From the IMG/VR virus record IMGVR_UViG_3300044640_001752: DNA of 64,000 nt; one strand, 5' to 3'. Position numbers and translations under genes: made by a program. Position 1 is the first letter of the stretch. Every line of letters begins with the position of its first letter. The DNA comes from an uncultured virus (IMG/VR IMGVR_UViG_3300044640_001752). Taxonomy: Duplodnaviria > Heunggongvirae > Uroviricota > Caudoviricetes. This document shows, piece after piece, positions 48,922 through 59,136 of the stretch. The notes below the pieces were generated by a model. That model saw only the letters and a list, made by a program, of their open reading frames with translations, did no database searches and was not told where the DNA came from.

Positions 48922-49917
48922 ATGTATTTTCAAGACAATGAGTTATTTAAGAAATACTATTATGTAAATGCTGGAGAATTTGCACATTTATTGACCATTT
49001 ATAAATCGCCGGACAAACTGCCAGGATACACAGGTAAAAAGTCTATTATTATAAATGCTGCAAATGACCCCTGGGGACTTGAGTGGATCAAAGATATTGC
49101 CATTGCTTGCAAACCTTACGGAGTAGTGTCGGCTATACTAATCAATGACAAAAAATTTGCCGACGAAAATCAAGCCTTGAATTTTAGATTTTTTCCAATT
49201 TGGGGATATAGATACAGCCAGCAGATACAGGAATATGCCGATAGAGATTTCTTTTCTAATACTCGTTCTACTCGAGTATCCTGTCTCAACCGAATTCCCA
49301 AGCTACACAGGGCCTACACTTACTACTTACTAAAACAATTGCCCTGGTACAGCGATATCTTTTTAAGCTTTTATGGATTAAAATCCGGCGATAGATTAAC
49401 TTCAAACCCAGTCGAAGTAACTATGTCTCAAATTGAATCAAAATTAGGATCAAGAGTTGCTAATTTTTTTGCAAGTGAGATAAGAAATTTTCCAATAACA
49501 CAAGAGTCAAACTATCAATGGACAATCTGTCATAGTGCCAACACTCCGGCATATACTGACTGCTATAGTAATATCTGTACAGAAAGTAGCTACGAACGTT
49601 TTTGTCCTACCGAAAAAACATTTAAGTGTATTGCAACAGGCACCTTAATTTTTCCTGTATCGTGTGTTAATTTTATTTCTTCAATGGCAAACATGGAATT
49701 AGATATTAGTTATACAGGTATGGATTTGTCTGCTATTGATTCTGTTGTTAAGTGGAGAGAAAGGACACGATTAACCATAGATTTATTGGATAAATTGTAT
49801 TACAACATAGAAGACATCTGGCAATCCAACAAAGAGCAATTACGACATAACCAACAAATTCTACAGTCTAAGCAGCTAGAGAAAAATATATTAAAAAATA
49901 TACAAGACCACTTATGA
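48922..49917 (+). CDS. Putative GT-B glycosyltransferase (related to 29082)
   Basis: CLNR-x-PK-x-HR...NICTES...TEKTFKCI; start re-placed to 48922. Confidence 0.5.
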   Translation: MYFQDNELFKKYYYVNAGEFAHLLTIYKSPDKLPGYTGKKSIIINAANDPWGLEWIKDIAIACKPYGVVSAILINDKKFADENQALNFRFFPIWGYRYSQQIQEYADRDFFSNTRSTRVSCLNRIPKLHRAYTYYLLKQLPWYSDIFLSFYGLKSGDRLTSNPVEVTMSQIESKLGSRVANFFASEIRNFPITQESNYQWTICHSANTPAYTDCYSNICTESSYERFCPTEKTFKCIATGTLIFPVSCVNFISSMANMELDISYTGMDLSAIDSVVKWRERTRLTIDLLDKLYYNIEDIWQSNKEQLRHNQQILQSKQLEKNILKNIQDHL

Positions 49918-50624
49918 TAACACAACGATACGATTATACTCCCCTGGCACGAGAAACCATTGACGGCAAAAGACATTACTGTTTACCAAACGGTAAGAAA
50001 GTTCCCAGTGTTACAACAATCCTGGACAAAACTAAAAGCCAAGAAAGTCGCGAAGCTTTAGCTAACTGGAAAAAGCGTGTAGGCGAACATCAAGCACAGC
50101 AAATTACCACAGAAGCTGCTAATCGTGGTACACGTATGCACAGCTACTTAGAAACATACGTGATGATGGATGATTTAAAACCATTGCCTAGTAACCCATT
50201 TGCACATCCAAGTTGGTTTATGGCTGCACAAATTATTCTTAACGGACTTAATCAAGTTGATGAGTTCTGGGGTGTAGAAGTTCCTGTTTATTATAGCGGC
50301 TTGTATGCAGGTACTACAGACTGTGTGGGGCTATGGAACGGCAAGCCTGCTATTATGGACTTTAAGCAAAGCAACAAGGTTAAAAAGCGTGAATGGATTG
50401 AGGACTACTTCCTACAGTTGGCAGCTTATGCATTGGCACACGACGAAATGACCGGTACTGAAATTAACCAAGGCGTTATTTTAATGGCTGTACAGCCTAA
50501 GTTATTAGAAGATCAAACCTACACAACTCCCCAATATTTAGAATTTGTAGTTGCAGGAGACGAGTTTGCACACTGGAAAAACGAATGGATTAAACGTGTA
50601 GAGCTCTACTACCTATCAGCATAA
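49914..50624 (+). CDS. PD-(D/E)XK exonuclease
   Basis: PSVTTIL, GT-x2-H, AGTTD, IMDFKQS, QLAAY. Confidence 0.85.
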   Translation: MITQRYDYTPLARETIDGKRHYCLPNGKKVPSVTTILDKTKSQESREALANWKKRVGEHQAQQITTEAANRGTRMHSYLETYVMMDDLKPLPSNPFAHPSWFMAAQIILNGLNQVDEFWGVEVPVYYSGLYAGTTDCVGLWNGKPAIMDFKQSNKVKKREWIEDYFLQLAAYALAHDEMTGTEINQGVILMAVQPKLLEDQTYTTPQYLEFVVAGDEFAHWKNEWIKRVELYYLSA

Positions 50625-50650
50625 ATACCTAATCAAATAGGTATACGCTA

Positions 50651-52234
50651 ATGGCCATTGTTCAAATCTCCAGAATTACCAACCGTAAAGGTCTCACAGA
50701 AAACTTGCCACAGTTGGCTGGTGCAGAACTGGGATGGGCGGTAGACAGTCGCAGACTTTTTATTGGAAACGGCACCTTACAAGAAGGTGCGCCGGTAATT
50801 GGCAACACAGAAATTCTAACTGAATTTTCTGATATTACTGCACTCAGCAACTACACTTATTCTGACATAGCAGTTGGTTATGCTGCACAAACTGGACCTA
50901 CTGCTAGTGACCCAGTTGTACGCACAGTACAAGCCAAGCTGGATGATTTTGCCAGCGTTCGGGATTTTGGTGCTGTCGGCGACGGATTAGTAGACGATAC
51001 TGAAGCCATTAACCGCGCACTGTTTCAGCTGTATTGTGTGGCCAGCAACACTGCTGTTAGACGTAGCTTGTACTTTCCAGCTGGAACTTATCGCGTCACT
51101 GAAAGTATTATTATTCCCACTTTTGCAAAACTAGTGGGCGAAGGTGCTGACTGTAGTATTATATTCTTGGACACCAGTTCTGACATCAGCAGCTTGAGTG
51201 CGTATGTGGCCAGATTTGGTGACAGCAAACAGCAAGTTGGTGCCAACATTACCAGCAACGGTGCCACAGCTCCCAGAAACATTGAAATCAGTTCCATAAC
51301 TTTTCAGTCACAGGAAGAAACAGATATTTTCCTAGTTGAAGATGCGGCACAGTGCTATTTTGACAGTGTGAATTTTATTGGTCCGTTGACCCAAGAAGCG
51401 ATTAGTAGCAATACGCCGTCGCCGCCAGAAATATCTTGTGTGAGATTTGCCAGTACTCCGACCTTGATCTGTAATCAAATTACTTTTGACAAGTGCCGCT
51501 TCAGTGGTATGAAATACGCATTCGAAACAGATCAGCAGGTACAAGCAGTTACTATCAGCAATGGAAAATTTGATACCTTGTATCAAGGAGTTGTGTTGGG
51601 TGCTGGAACTACAATCTTGGGAGGACCCACAGGATTCCGTATTGTACAGAACATGTTTGATTTGGTTTTTCGTGAAGGTATTTTAATTTCTGATTCAGAT
51701 CTTAATGTATCAGCATACAATACATTTTACGACGTGGCTGAAGGTTATACTGGAAATCCGGTCTATCCAATTATTACATTTGCTACTGATAACAATGTGT
51801 CACTCAGTGACATGTTTGAACGTAACGATGCTGAAGCATTGATTACCCGCCGCATTCTCATAACAGGGCAGTATGTTAGTGACACCACTGCTGTGAATCA
51901 ACTGGGCCGATATGTCAGAGAAAGCGGTCACACAGTTGATCTTTTTGATAATTCGGTAAATCAAGATGTAGTTACAGTTAATAGCAGTCAAACCAAGGCA
52001 TTTAGATTTGACTACACTATTGGTAGACTGGGTGCTATCAGGACTGGCACAATCACCGTGGCAGCAGATCTTGCCACTCCCACACCTGCCTACACCGACG
52101 ATTACACAGAGAATCTTCCCACTGGAGTAACGCTAGGAGTCTCAGCAGGAGGCACATCGGTGGTGATAGCTTATACCACTACTTCGACTGGGTCCGATGG
52201 AATTTTAACTTACTCGATATCACACTTGGCCTAA
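50651..52234 (+). CDS. Tail/baseplate-associated protein with pectate-lyase-like beta-helix
   Basis: LPQLAGAELGW...LFIGNG; SVRDFGAVGDG-x2-DDTEAI...YFPAGTY; late promoter at 50622. Confidence 0.75.
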   Translation: MAIVQISRITNRKGLTENLPQLAGAELGWAVDSRRLFIGNGTLQEGAPVIGNTEILTEFSDITALSNYTYSDIAVGYAAQTGPTASDPVVRTVQAKLDDFASVRDFGAVGDGLVDDTEAINRALFQLYCVASNTAVRRSLYFPAGTYRVTESIIIPTFAKLVGEGADCSIIFLDTSSDISSLSAYVARFGDSKQQVGANITSNGATAPRNIEISSITFQSQEETDIFLVEDAAQCYFDSVNFIGPLTQEAISSNTPSPPEISCVRFASTPTLICNQITFDKCRFSGMKYAFETDQQVQAVTISNGKFDTLYQGVVLGAGTTILGGPTGFRIVQNMFDLVFREGILISDSDLNVSAYNTFYDVAEGYTGNPVYPIITFATDNNVSLSDMFERNDAEALITRRILITGQYVSDTTAVNQLGRYVRESGHTVDLFDNSVNQDVVTVNSSQTKAFRFDYTIGRLGAIRTGTITVAADLATPTPAYTDDYTENLPTGVTLGVSAGGTSVVIAYTTTSTGSDGILTYSISHLA

Positions 52235-52663
52235 ATGTGGGAAACCTCCTACGAAGACAGATTTGCCGACTGGGTGCGTCTTAGGCACACCATCCAGCCA
52301 CTTGATCTATCAGCACAACTACTGGCCATAAACAATTGGTGGTTCTGTGCACCTATAGTGAATAAAACCATTACCTGGCCCGATCGTTTAAATTGGCCCG
52401 ATCCCTGGAAACTTTTAACCAACAACGGCTATTGTGATCTTGCACGAGCATTAGGAATAGTGTATACTATAATGCTAACGGAAAATCTCAACTACACAAA
52501 TTTAAAAATAATACAAATCAAAGAAGACAATTTAGTCCTGGTCGACGATGGGAAATATATATTGAATTGGGCACCCGGAGAGATGTTAAATACCCACTCA
52601 ACACCAATAACCACTGTTAAGAACACGATCGACAGTTCTGAATTAGAAAGTTTTTTACAATAA
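52235..52663 (+). CDS. Hypothetical protein
   Basis: 142 aa, Trp-rich; WPDPW...YC. Confidence 0.65.
   Translation: MWETSYEDRFADWVRLRHTIQPLDLSAQLLAINNWWFCAPIVNKTITWPDRLNWPDPWKLLTNNGYCDLARALGIVYTIMLTENLNYTNLKIIQIKEDNLVLVDDGKYILNWAPGEMLNTHSTPITTVKNTIDSSELESFLQ
52440..52468 (+). promoter_or_regulatory. sigma70-like promoter for nrdA, inside the upstream gene
   Basis: TTGCAC-17-TATACT. Confidence 0.45.
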
Positions 52664-52670
52664 GCGACAA

Positions 52671-54989
52671 ATGACAATTCAAGTACAAAAAAGAAACGGT
52701 AATCGTGAGCCATTAAATATCGATAAATGGCAAACGCAAATTACCAAAGTCTGCAGTGGCATAGCAGATGTAAGTCAATCGATGATAGAAATCAAAAGCC
52801 AGCCGCACTTTTACGATGGCATTACTACTAAAGAAATTGACGAAATCACTTTACGTGCCATAGTTGATTTAATTGATGTAGAATCAAATCCTGATGTGGG
52901 CCATACCAACTATCAATATGTAGCAGGCAAGCAACGTTTGTCAATGCTGCGTAAAGATGTATATGGGTACTATGTACCCCCAAACTTGTATGAAATTGTA
53001 TGCAAGAATGTAGCTACTGGTGTTTATACTCCAGAACTGCTGATATGGTACACCGAAGAAGACTGGACTCGTATGGACAGTATGATCGATCACGACAAGG
53101 ACGAGCAGTATGGTTATGCTGCTATCGAACAGTTAATCGAAAAGTATTTGGTACGTAATCGTACCACTAAAGAAACATACGAAACACCACAAGTGCGTTA
53201 CATGGTTGCTGCAGCCACAGTATTCCACGGCGAAGAACCCAACACAGCTCGCATGCGCTATATCAAAGAATATTACAATGCAGCCAGCGACGGGTTGTTT
53301 ACTCTTGCTACTCCTGTGCTGGCAGGCTTGGGTACTCCAACAAAACAATTTAGCAGTTGTGTATTGATTCGCAGTGATGACAATCTTGATTCAATCTTTG
53401 CATCTGGAGAAATGATGGCCAAGTATGCGGCCAAACGTGCTGGTATTGGATTAGAGATTGGCCGCTTACGCCCACTTGGTGCACCTATTCGCGGCGGCGA
53501 AATACAACACACCGGCATGATACCATTCTTAAAGAAATGGTTTGGCGATCTGCGTAGTTGTTCGCAAGGCGGTATTCGCAATGCATCAGCCACAGTGTTC
53601 TATCCCATATGGCATTATCAGTTCGATGATCTTATTGTACTAAAAAACAATCAAGGCACTGAAGAAACTCGCGTTCGCTTCATGGACTACGGTGTTGTAC
53701 TGAGTGCTTTCTTTTGGAGACGTTTTAAGAACAAAGAAAACATAACATTCTTTGATCCCAATGAAGTTCCTGATCTGCATCAAGCTTTTTACAGCAACAC
53801 TGCAAGGTTTGAAGAACTTTATGTAAAATACGAAAAACGCAAAGACCTGCGTAAGAAAACAATCAGCGCCGAAGAAGTGTTTAAGTCAGGACTACTTAAA
53901 GAACGAACAGACACTGGCCGTATCTATCTTGTGTTTATTGACAATGTACAGAGTCAAGGCCCTTTTGATCCTGAGTTCCACACAATCTTCCAGAGCAACC
54001 TGTGCTGTGAGATTCTATTGCCTACAGTACCGTTCCAACGCTTAGATGACGACAACGGGCGTATTGCGCTGTGTACCTTGGGTTCGCTGAACTGGGGTGC
54101 ATTTCGTAATCCCGAAGACATGCGCCGAGCTGCACGTATCCTACATCGTAGCTTAAACAACATTTTGGATTACCAAGATTTCTTAAGCGTACAAAGTAAG
54201 TTAAGCAATGACGAAATACGTCCCATCGGCATTGGTATCACTAACTTGGCATATTGGCACGCCAAACGTGGATTAAAATACGGCGAGAAAGAAGCACTAG
54301 CCGAAGTCAAATCGTGGATGGAGCATCAGGCATACTACCTAACAGAAGCCACAGTTGAATTGGCTCGGGAACGTGGTCCGTGTCTACACAGTGACAAAAC
54401 ACGCTATGGCCAAGGTACATTTCCTTGGGAACTACGTGCCACAGGCGTCAATGAACTTGCTGACTTTACACCTGAACTCGATTGGGAAACCCTACGTACT
54501 CAAATGAAAGAACACGGTGTACGCAATGCCACACAAATGGCCATTGCTCCTGTGGAGTCTAGTTCAGTTGTTATTAACTCAACCAACGGCATTGAGTTGC
54601 CTATGAGCTTGATCACAGTTAAAGAATCAAAAGCAGGATCGTTAGTGCAGGTAGTACCAGAATATCAAAAGCTGAAGTCACGGTATCAACTAATGTGGGA
54701 ACAACAAGACTGCGATGGTTACCTAAAAACCGCAGCAGTGTTAGCAGCTTATGTTGATCAAAGTATTTCAACAAACACTTTTTACAATCCAGCACACTTT
54801 GCAGATCGTAAAGTACCAACTACATTGATTGCAAAGAACTTGATGCAGGCACATGTATGGGGATTGAAAACATTCTACTACAGCCTAATCAACAAACAAG
54901 GATCCAAGGCTACAGCAGAAGATGTACCAACGATGTTAGAAGCAATTGACTTTGACGACGCAGAAGACTGCGAGGCATGTAAACTTTAA
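52671..54989 (+). CDS. nrdA: Ribonucleotide reductase class Ia alpha subunit
   Basis: ATP-cone start VQKRNG, FSSC, SNLCCEI, ALCTL, KTFYY, C-terminal CEAC. Confidence 0.97.
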   Translation: MTIQVQKRNGNREPLNIDKWQTQITKVCSGIADVSQSMIEIKSQPHFYDGITTKEIDEITLRAIVDLIDVESNPDVGHTNYQYVAGKQRLSMLRKDVYGYYVPPNLYEIVCKNVATGVYTPELLIWYTEEDWTRMDSMIDHDKDEQYGYAAIEQLIEKYLVRNRTTKETYETPQVRYMVAAATVFHGEEPNTARMRYIKEYYNAASDGLFTLATPVLAGLGTPTKQFSSCVLIRSDDNLDSIFASGEMMAKYAAKRAGIGLEIGRLRPLGAPIRGGEIQHTGMIPFLKKWFGDLRSCSQGGIRNASATVFYPIWHYQFDDLIVLKNNQGTEETRVRFMDYGVVLSAFFWRRFKNKENITFFDPNEVPDLHQAFYSNTARFEELYVKYEKRKDLRKKTISAEEVFKSGLLKERTDTGRIYLVFIDNVQSQGPFDPEFHTIFQSNLCCEILLPTVPFQRLDDDNGRIALCTLGSLNWGAFRNPEDMRRAARILHRSLNNILDYQDFLSVQSKLSNDEIRPIGIGITNLAYWHAKRGLKYGEKEALAEVKSWMEHQAYYLTEATVELARERGPCLHSDKTRYGQGTFPWELRATGVNELADFTPELDWETLRTQMKEHGVRNATQMAIAPVESSSVVINSTNGIELPMSLITVKESKAGSLVQVVPEYQKLKSRYQLMWEQQDCDGYLKTAAVLAAYVDQSISTNTFYNPAHFADRKVPTTLIAKNLMQAHVWGLKTFYYSLINKQGSKATAEDVPTMLEAIDFDDAEDCEACKL

Positions 54990-55001
54990 AAGGAAATATA
55001 A

Positions 55002-55568
55002 ATGAAAAAATTATTACTAGTACTACTGGCAACAGTGACATTTAGTGTGCAGTCCAAAGATACTGCTGGTATTACAGTGTGCAACGGTGAATATGCTTTG
55101 TGTGCGGCCAGCACTTGTAAGCCCACAGGTAAAACAATCACAGGTAACAATGGTGTTCCTTATCCAGAAGTAGTGTGTCGATGTCCTATTCTCAATGGTC
55201 ATGCCATTGCTGATACCACAGCAGGCAATATGAAAGGATCCTGCGCACCAACGGATAGTAAACACGTATGGAGTTTGTTTGCCCCTAAGGTATATTATCC
55301 ACAAGAAGCCAGCGGATTCAGCAAGAAACCCGAAGACATGCGAGCAGTGGTGCAAAAGTGTGATGCCAGCTTGAATCTTGGTGCCAAGTCCAGCAACTGT
55401 TTTAGTTGGAACTGTGTCAAAGGTGCTGACGGTATAGCTGTATGTTCATGCCCTACTGGTCAAGTTCCGGCAGCAACTACATTCTTAACTGAAGCCGGTC
55501 AAGGAAATCCCGACGCCTGTGCGCAATACCCTGTCAGCTTGCCTATACAGAACCCACCTGGTAACTAA
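55002..55568 (+). CDS. Secreted 12-Cys protein
   Basis: Signal peptide; two 6-Cys units, each with V-C-x-CP. Confidence 0.75.
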   Translation: MKKLLLVLLATVTFSVQSKDTAGITVCNGEYALCAASTCKPTGKTITGNNGVPYPEVVCRCPILNGHAIADTTAGNMKGSCAPTDSKHVWSLFAPKVYYPQEASGFSKKPEDMRAVVQKCDASLNLGAKSSNCFSWNCVKGADGIAVCSCPTGQVPAATTFLTEAGQGNPDACAQYPVSLPIQNPPGN

Positions 55569-55570
55569 TA

Positions 55571-56230
55571 ATGTTAGAAACAATATGCGACATAATGGTA
55601 GACGCTTACAAGCGTAATTGGATTACCAGTCGTGATGGCAATGTCAGTATACGTCATCACGACCGTGATCACTTTTACATCACACCCAGCGGTGTCCGTA
55701 AACAAACTCTACAGCCGGATCAGTTTAAAAAAATCAAAATTGAAAAATGGATTAACAGCGGAGTTGGCTCTGAGGCTTACAATTATTCGTGGCGTGATCT
55801 AGAGTACACCGACATAAGTAAAAATTTAATTCCCAGTGGAGAGATACCCTTACATTTTGGTCTGCAGAAAGAAATGGGACAGCACCGGGATGATGTTCGT
55901 GTAGTTGTACACGTTCATCCTACCTACTGCATTGCTGCCATGCATGCCGGGATAGATCTTAGCACTATTAGTAATGCATTTCCAGAACTCAATCGTTACA
56001 CACGAGTTGCACCCAACGTAGGTGATGTGCCTCCCATCAGTCAAGAACTTGCTGATCAAACTTTAGAAAAATTACAGATAGACAGACATGGAAACGTACC
56101 ATTTGACATCGTTGGTATCAAGGGCCACGGTGTTGTTGCAATTGATACTAGTCCGTGGCGTGCTTACGAACATATTGAACGACTTGAACACATTTGCAAG
56201 ATTGTGCTGGCGTCGGGTAATTATAAATGA
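55571..56230 (+). CDS. Class II aldolase/adducin-family protein
   Basis: GNVS, ITPSG, PSGE-x2-LH, VVHVHP, GHG. Confidence 0.88.
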   Translation: MLETICDIMVDAYKRNWITSRDGNVSIRHHDRDHFYITPSGVRKQTLQPDQFKKIKIEKWINSGVGSEAYNYSWRDLEYTDISKNLIPSGEIPLHFGLQKEMGQHRDDVRVVVHVHPTYCIAAMHAGIDLSTISNAFPELNRYTRVAPNVGDVPPISQELADQTLEKLQIDRHGNVPFDIVGIKGHGVVAIDTSPWRAYEHIERLEHICKIVLASGNYK

Positions 56231-56247
56231 GTAAAGAGAAAAAATAA

Positions 56248-57351
56248 ATGTCAAAACAGCAATATAATCTATACACAAAGACAGACTATCTAAATCGCAA
56301 GATGTTTCTGGATCCAGCTGGTCCGGTCACTATTCAACGCTTTGAGGAAGTAAAGTACAATAAGATTGCCAACTTTGAAACCACAGCTCGTGGATTCTAT
56401 TGGGTACCTGAAGAGATCAGTCTCACCAAGGATGCCGGCGACTTCAAGGATGCTAGTGATGCTGTTAAACACATCTTTACCAGCAATTTGTTACGACAGA
56501 CAGCCTTGGACAGTTTACAAGGACGTGGCCCAGCACAGGTGTTTACACCTTGTGTGAGTTTGCCTGAGTTAGAAGCTCTAATGTATAACTGGAGCTTTTT
56601 TGAAACAAACATTCACAGTCGCAGCTACAGTCATATTATCCGCAACATCTACAACGTGCCCAAGGATGTGTTCAACACAATCCACGACACTGAAGAGATT
56701 GTTGGTATGGCAGCGAGTGTAGGCAAGTACTATGACGAGCTGCACAAGATCAATTGCTATAAAGAAATTGATCCGCAAATGGCTGGCGAAGATGCACACA
56801 TTAAAGCAATTTGGTTGGCACTACATGCCAGCTATGCCTTAGAAGCATTCCGCTTTATGGTTTCATTTGCCACCAGTTTGGCTATGGTTGAAAATCGTAT
56901 CTTTATCGGCAACGGCAACATCATCAGCCTGATCTTACAAGACGAACTGTTGCATAAAGGTTGGACAGCTTTCTTAATTAATCAAGTTGTTAAAGAAGAC
57001 CCACGCTTTGCTCGAGTCAAAGCCGAATGCGAAGCTGAAGTATATGAAATATACCGCGATGTTATTCGTGAGGAAAAAGAATGGGCAGTGTACCTATTTA
57101 AGAAAGGACCAGTGATTGGTCTCAATGCCAATATCTTAATGGACTTTGTGGACTACACTGCAGTAGACGCACTCAAACAGATCGGTATCAAGTATCAAGG
57201 CACAGCACCACGCAGTACACCAATTCCTTGGTTCAACAAGCATACTGATATTCACAAGAAACAGTCAGCTCTGCAAGAAACTGAATCGACTAATTATGTG
57301 ATTGGTGTTATGAGCGATGAGCTTGATTACAATCAGTTGCCAGCATTATAA
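56248..57351 (+). CDS. nrdB: Ribonucleotide reductase beta subunit
   Basis: W-x-PEE, QTALDSLQGR, IHSRSY, LEAFRF, DELLH, QETE-x2-NY. Confidence 0.95.
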   Translation: MSKQQYNLYTKTDYLNRKMFLDPAGPVTIQRFEEVKYNKIANFETTARGFYWVPEEISLTKDAGDFKDASDAVKHIFTSNLLRQTALDSLQGRGPAQVFTPCVSLPELEALMYNWSFFETNIHSRSYSHIIRNIYNVPKDVFNTIHDTEEIVGMAASVGKYYDELHKINCYKEIDPQMAGEDAHIKAIWLALHASYALEAFRFMVSFATSLAMVENRIFIGNGNIISLILQDELLHKGWTAFLINQVVKEDPRFARVKAECEAEVYEIYRDVIREEKEWAVYLFKKGPVIGLNANILMDFVDYTAVDALKQIGIKYQGTAPRSTPIPWFNKHTDIHKKQSALQETESTNYVIGVMSDELDYNQLPAL

Positions 57352-57369
57352 TTATTGGAAAATTGTCGA

Positions 57370-58548
57370 ATGAAAATTGCAATAGTAGGTGCAGGTATTA
57401 GTGGAATTATGGCTGCTTACTATCTGGTTAAAGCTGGGCACAACATCACAGTCATTGATCAAGAAAGATATGCAGCCATGCGCACTAGTTATGCCAACGG
57501 CGGCCAAGTGTCTGTATCAAATAGCGAAGTTTGGAACACCTGGAGTAATGTAAAAAAGGGTGTCAAATGGATGTTGCGTAAAGACGCACCCTTGTTGGTC
57601 CGACCCAAATTTGAATGGGACAAAATCAAATGGATGACCAAGTTTTTGTACCATACAGTTCGAGGTGATTATGCAACGAATACTGCAGCGACTATTTGCT
57701 TGGGACTCGAGTCACGCAAGTTATATCAAGACTTGATCAACAACGAAGGTATTGCAAACTTTGATCAAGCCAAGTGCGGAATCTTGCATTTTTACAAAGA
57801 TCAACAATACTTTGATGCAGCCATACAAGCAAAAGACTTGTACGAATCAAACGGGTGCGAATGGAGTATCATGGACGCTCAAACTGTTGCTGCTACTGAC
57901 CCTATGCTCATGGCCAGTGGTGTTGTAGGTGGTGCCTGGACTGCCGGTGACTGGGTTGGCGACATGCATAAATTTTGTCATCAGTTGTGCGAGGTATTAA
58001 ATGAAAAATATGGTGTTGAATTTCATTATAACTACAAATTAAACGACTTAGAATCTCTGACAATACAGTATGACGCAGTGGTAGTATCAGCCGGAGTTGG
58101 TTCAGTTCATTTGGCCAGCAGCATCGGCGATGTATTACCTATCTATCCTATCAAAGGCTACAGTATCACTATCAACAATGTTGATCCAGAATTGTTGCCT
58201 CGTACCAGTTTGTTAGATGATCAAGCTAAAATAGTAGCCTCGCCTTTGGGCAATAGACTGCGTGTGGCCGGCACTGCGGAACTTACAGGTGAGAACTATG
58301 ACATACGCAGAGACAGAATCGAACCTTTGTTGAATTGGGTACATGAAAATTTACCACAAATCAACACAGATGATTATCAATCTTGGGCATGTCTGCGTCC
58401 AATGACCCCCGACATGATGCCCATAATACAACAAAGTCAAACAGACTCGCGAGTGTTTTATCATACTGGTCACGGTCATTTGGGATGGACAGTTAGCCCC
58501 GCAACAGCAAAACAGTTGACACACTTGATAGAAACTGCTATAATCTAA
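57370..58548 (+). CDS. dadA: FAD-dependent D-amino acid dehydrogenase-like protein
   Basis: GAGISG, TSYANGGQ, PIKGYS, LRVAGTAE, LRPMTPD, GHGHLGWT. Confidence 0.85.
   Translation: MKIAIVGAGISGIMAAYYLVKAGHNITVIDQERYAAMRTSYANGGQVSVSNSEVWNTWSNVKKGVKWMLRKDAPLLVRPKFEWDKIKWMTKFLYHTVRGDYATNTAATICLGLESRKLYQDLINNEGIANFDQAKCGILHFYKDQQYFDAAIQAKDLYESNGCEWSIMDAQTVAATDPMLMASGVVGGAWTAGDWVGDMHKFCHQLCEVLNEKYGVEFHYNYKLNDLESLTIQYDAVVVSAGVGSVHLASSIGDVLPIYPIKGYSITINNVDPELLPRTSLLDDQAKIVASPLGNRLRVAGTAELTGENYDIRRDRIEPLLNWVHENLPQINTDDYQSWACLRPMTPDMMPIIQQSQTDSRVFYHTGHGHLGWTVSPATAKQLTHLIETAII
58516..58544 (+). promoter_or_regulatory. Consensus sigma70 promoter
   Basis: TTGACA-17-TATAAT with TGn. Confidence 0.8.
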
Positions 58549-58562
58549 ACTAGGAAATTGAT

Positions 58563-58805
58563 ATGTTAACAATATACACAAAAGATAATTGTCCGTTTTG
58601 CGATCGAGCAAAAGCACTAATTGAAAGCAAAGGAATTGAATATACTACCATCAATGTAGGTATTCGTACCGAAGCCCGTGAATTTTTAGTGGATCAAGGT
58701 TTGCGCAGTGTGCCACAAATTTTCAATGGCGACGCATTATTGCAAGGCGGATATCAGGGTTTGGCATCACAACCTGAAGAATTTTGGACACAACTTAAAG
58801 GATAA
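58563..58805 (+). CDS. Glutaredoxin
   Basis: CPFC, SVPQIF, GGY. Confidence 0.93.
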   Translation: MLTIYTKDNCPFCDRAKALIESKGIEYTTINVGIRTEAREFLVDQGLRSVPQIFNGDALLQGGYQGLASQPEEFWTQLKG

Positions 58806-58807
58806 TA

Positions 58808-59110
58808 ATGAACATTGAAAAAGACGAGATTTTGACATTTAAACTGATCACCGGCGAAGAAGTTGTTGCCAAGGTTGTCAGCGTGGTTGATGGTATGATT
58901 GTGATCAAGCAGCCGGTTACTTTAGTACCAGGACAGCAAGGACTCCAAATGATGCCCAGCTTGTTCAGTGCCAATTTGGATCGCGATGTCTTGTTGTACG
59001 CATCTGGCATTTTAATGACCACAGAAGTGCGTGAAGATGTCAGAGCTGGCTATATCAAAGCAACAACCGGCATTGATGTGCCGGCTAAAAAGTCTATCAT
59101 TACAGGATAA
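58808..59110 (+). CDS. Small beta-rich (Sm-like) phage protein
   Basis: FKLITGEEVVAKV...P...Y-x2-ATTGI. Confidence 0.65.
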   Translation: MNIEKDEILTFKLITGEEVVAKVVSVVDGMIVIKQPVTLVPGQQGLQMMPSLFSANLDRDVLLYASGILMTTEVREDVRAGYIKATTGIDVPAKKSIITG

Positions 59111-59111
59111 C

Positions 59112-59135
59112 AAAAAGCCCCTAAGGGGCTTTTTT
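59112..59135. terminator. Bidirectional intrinsic terminator
   Basis: AAAAAGCCCC-TAA-GGGGCTTTTTT between convergent genes. Confidence 0.9.
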
Positions 59136-59136
59136 A

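Noticed and set aside
49914..50624. Exonuclease as Cas4 / CRISPR adaptation
   Set aside because: Lacks the four-Cys Fe-S cluster pattern and any array; it fits an ordinary phage PD-(D/E)XK nuclease
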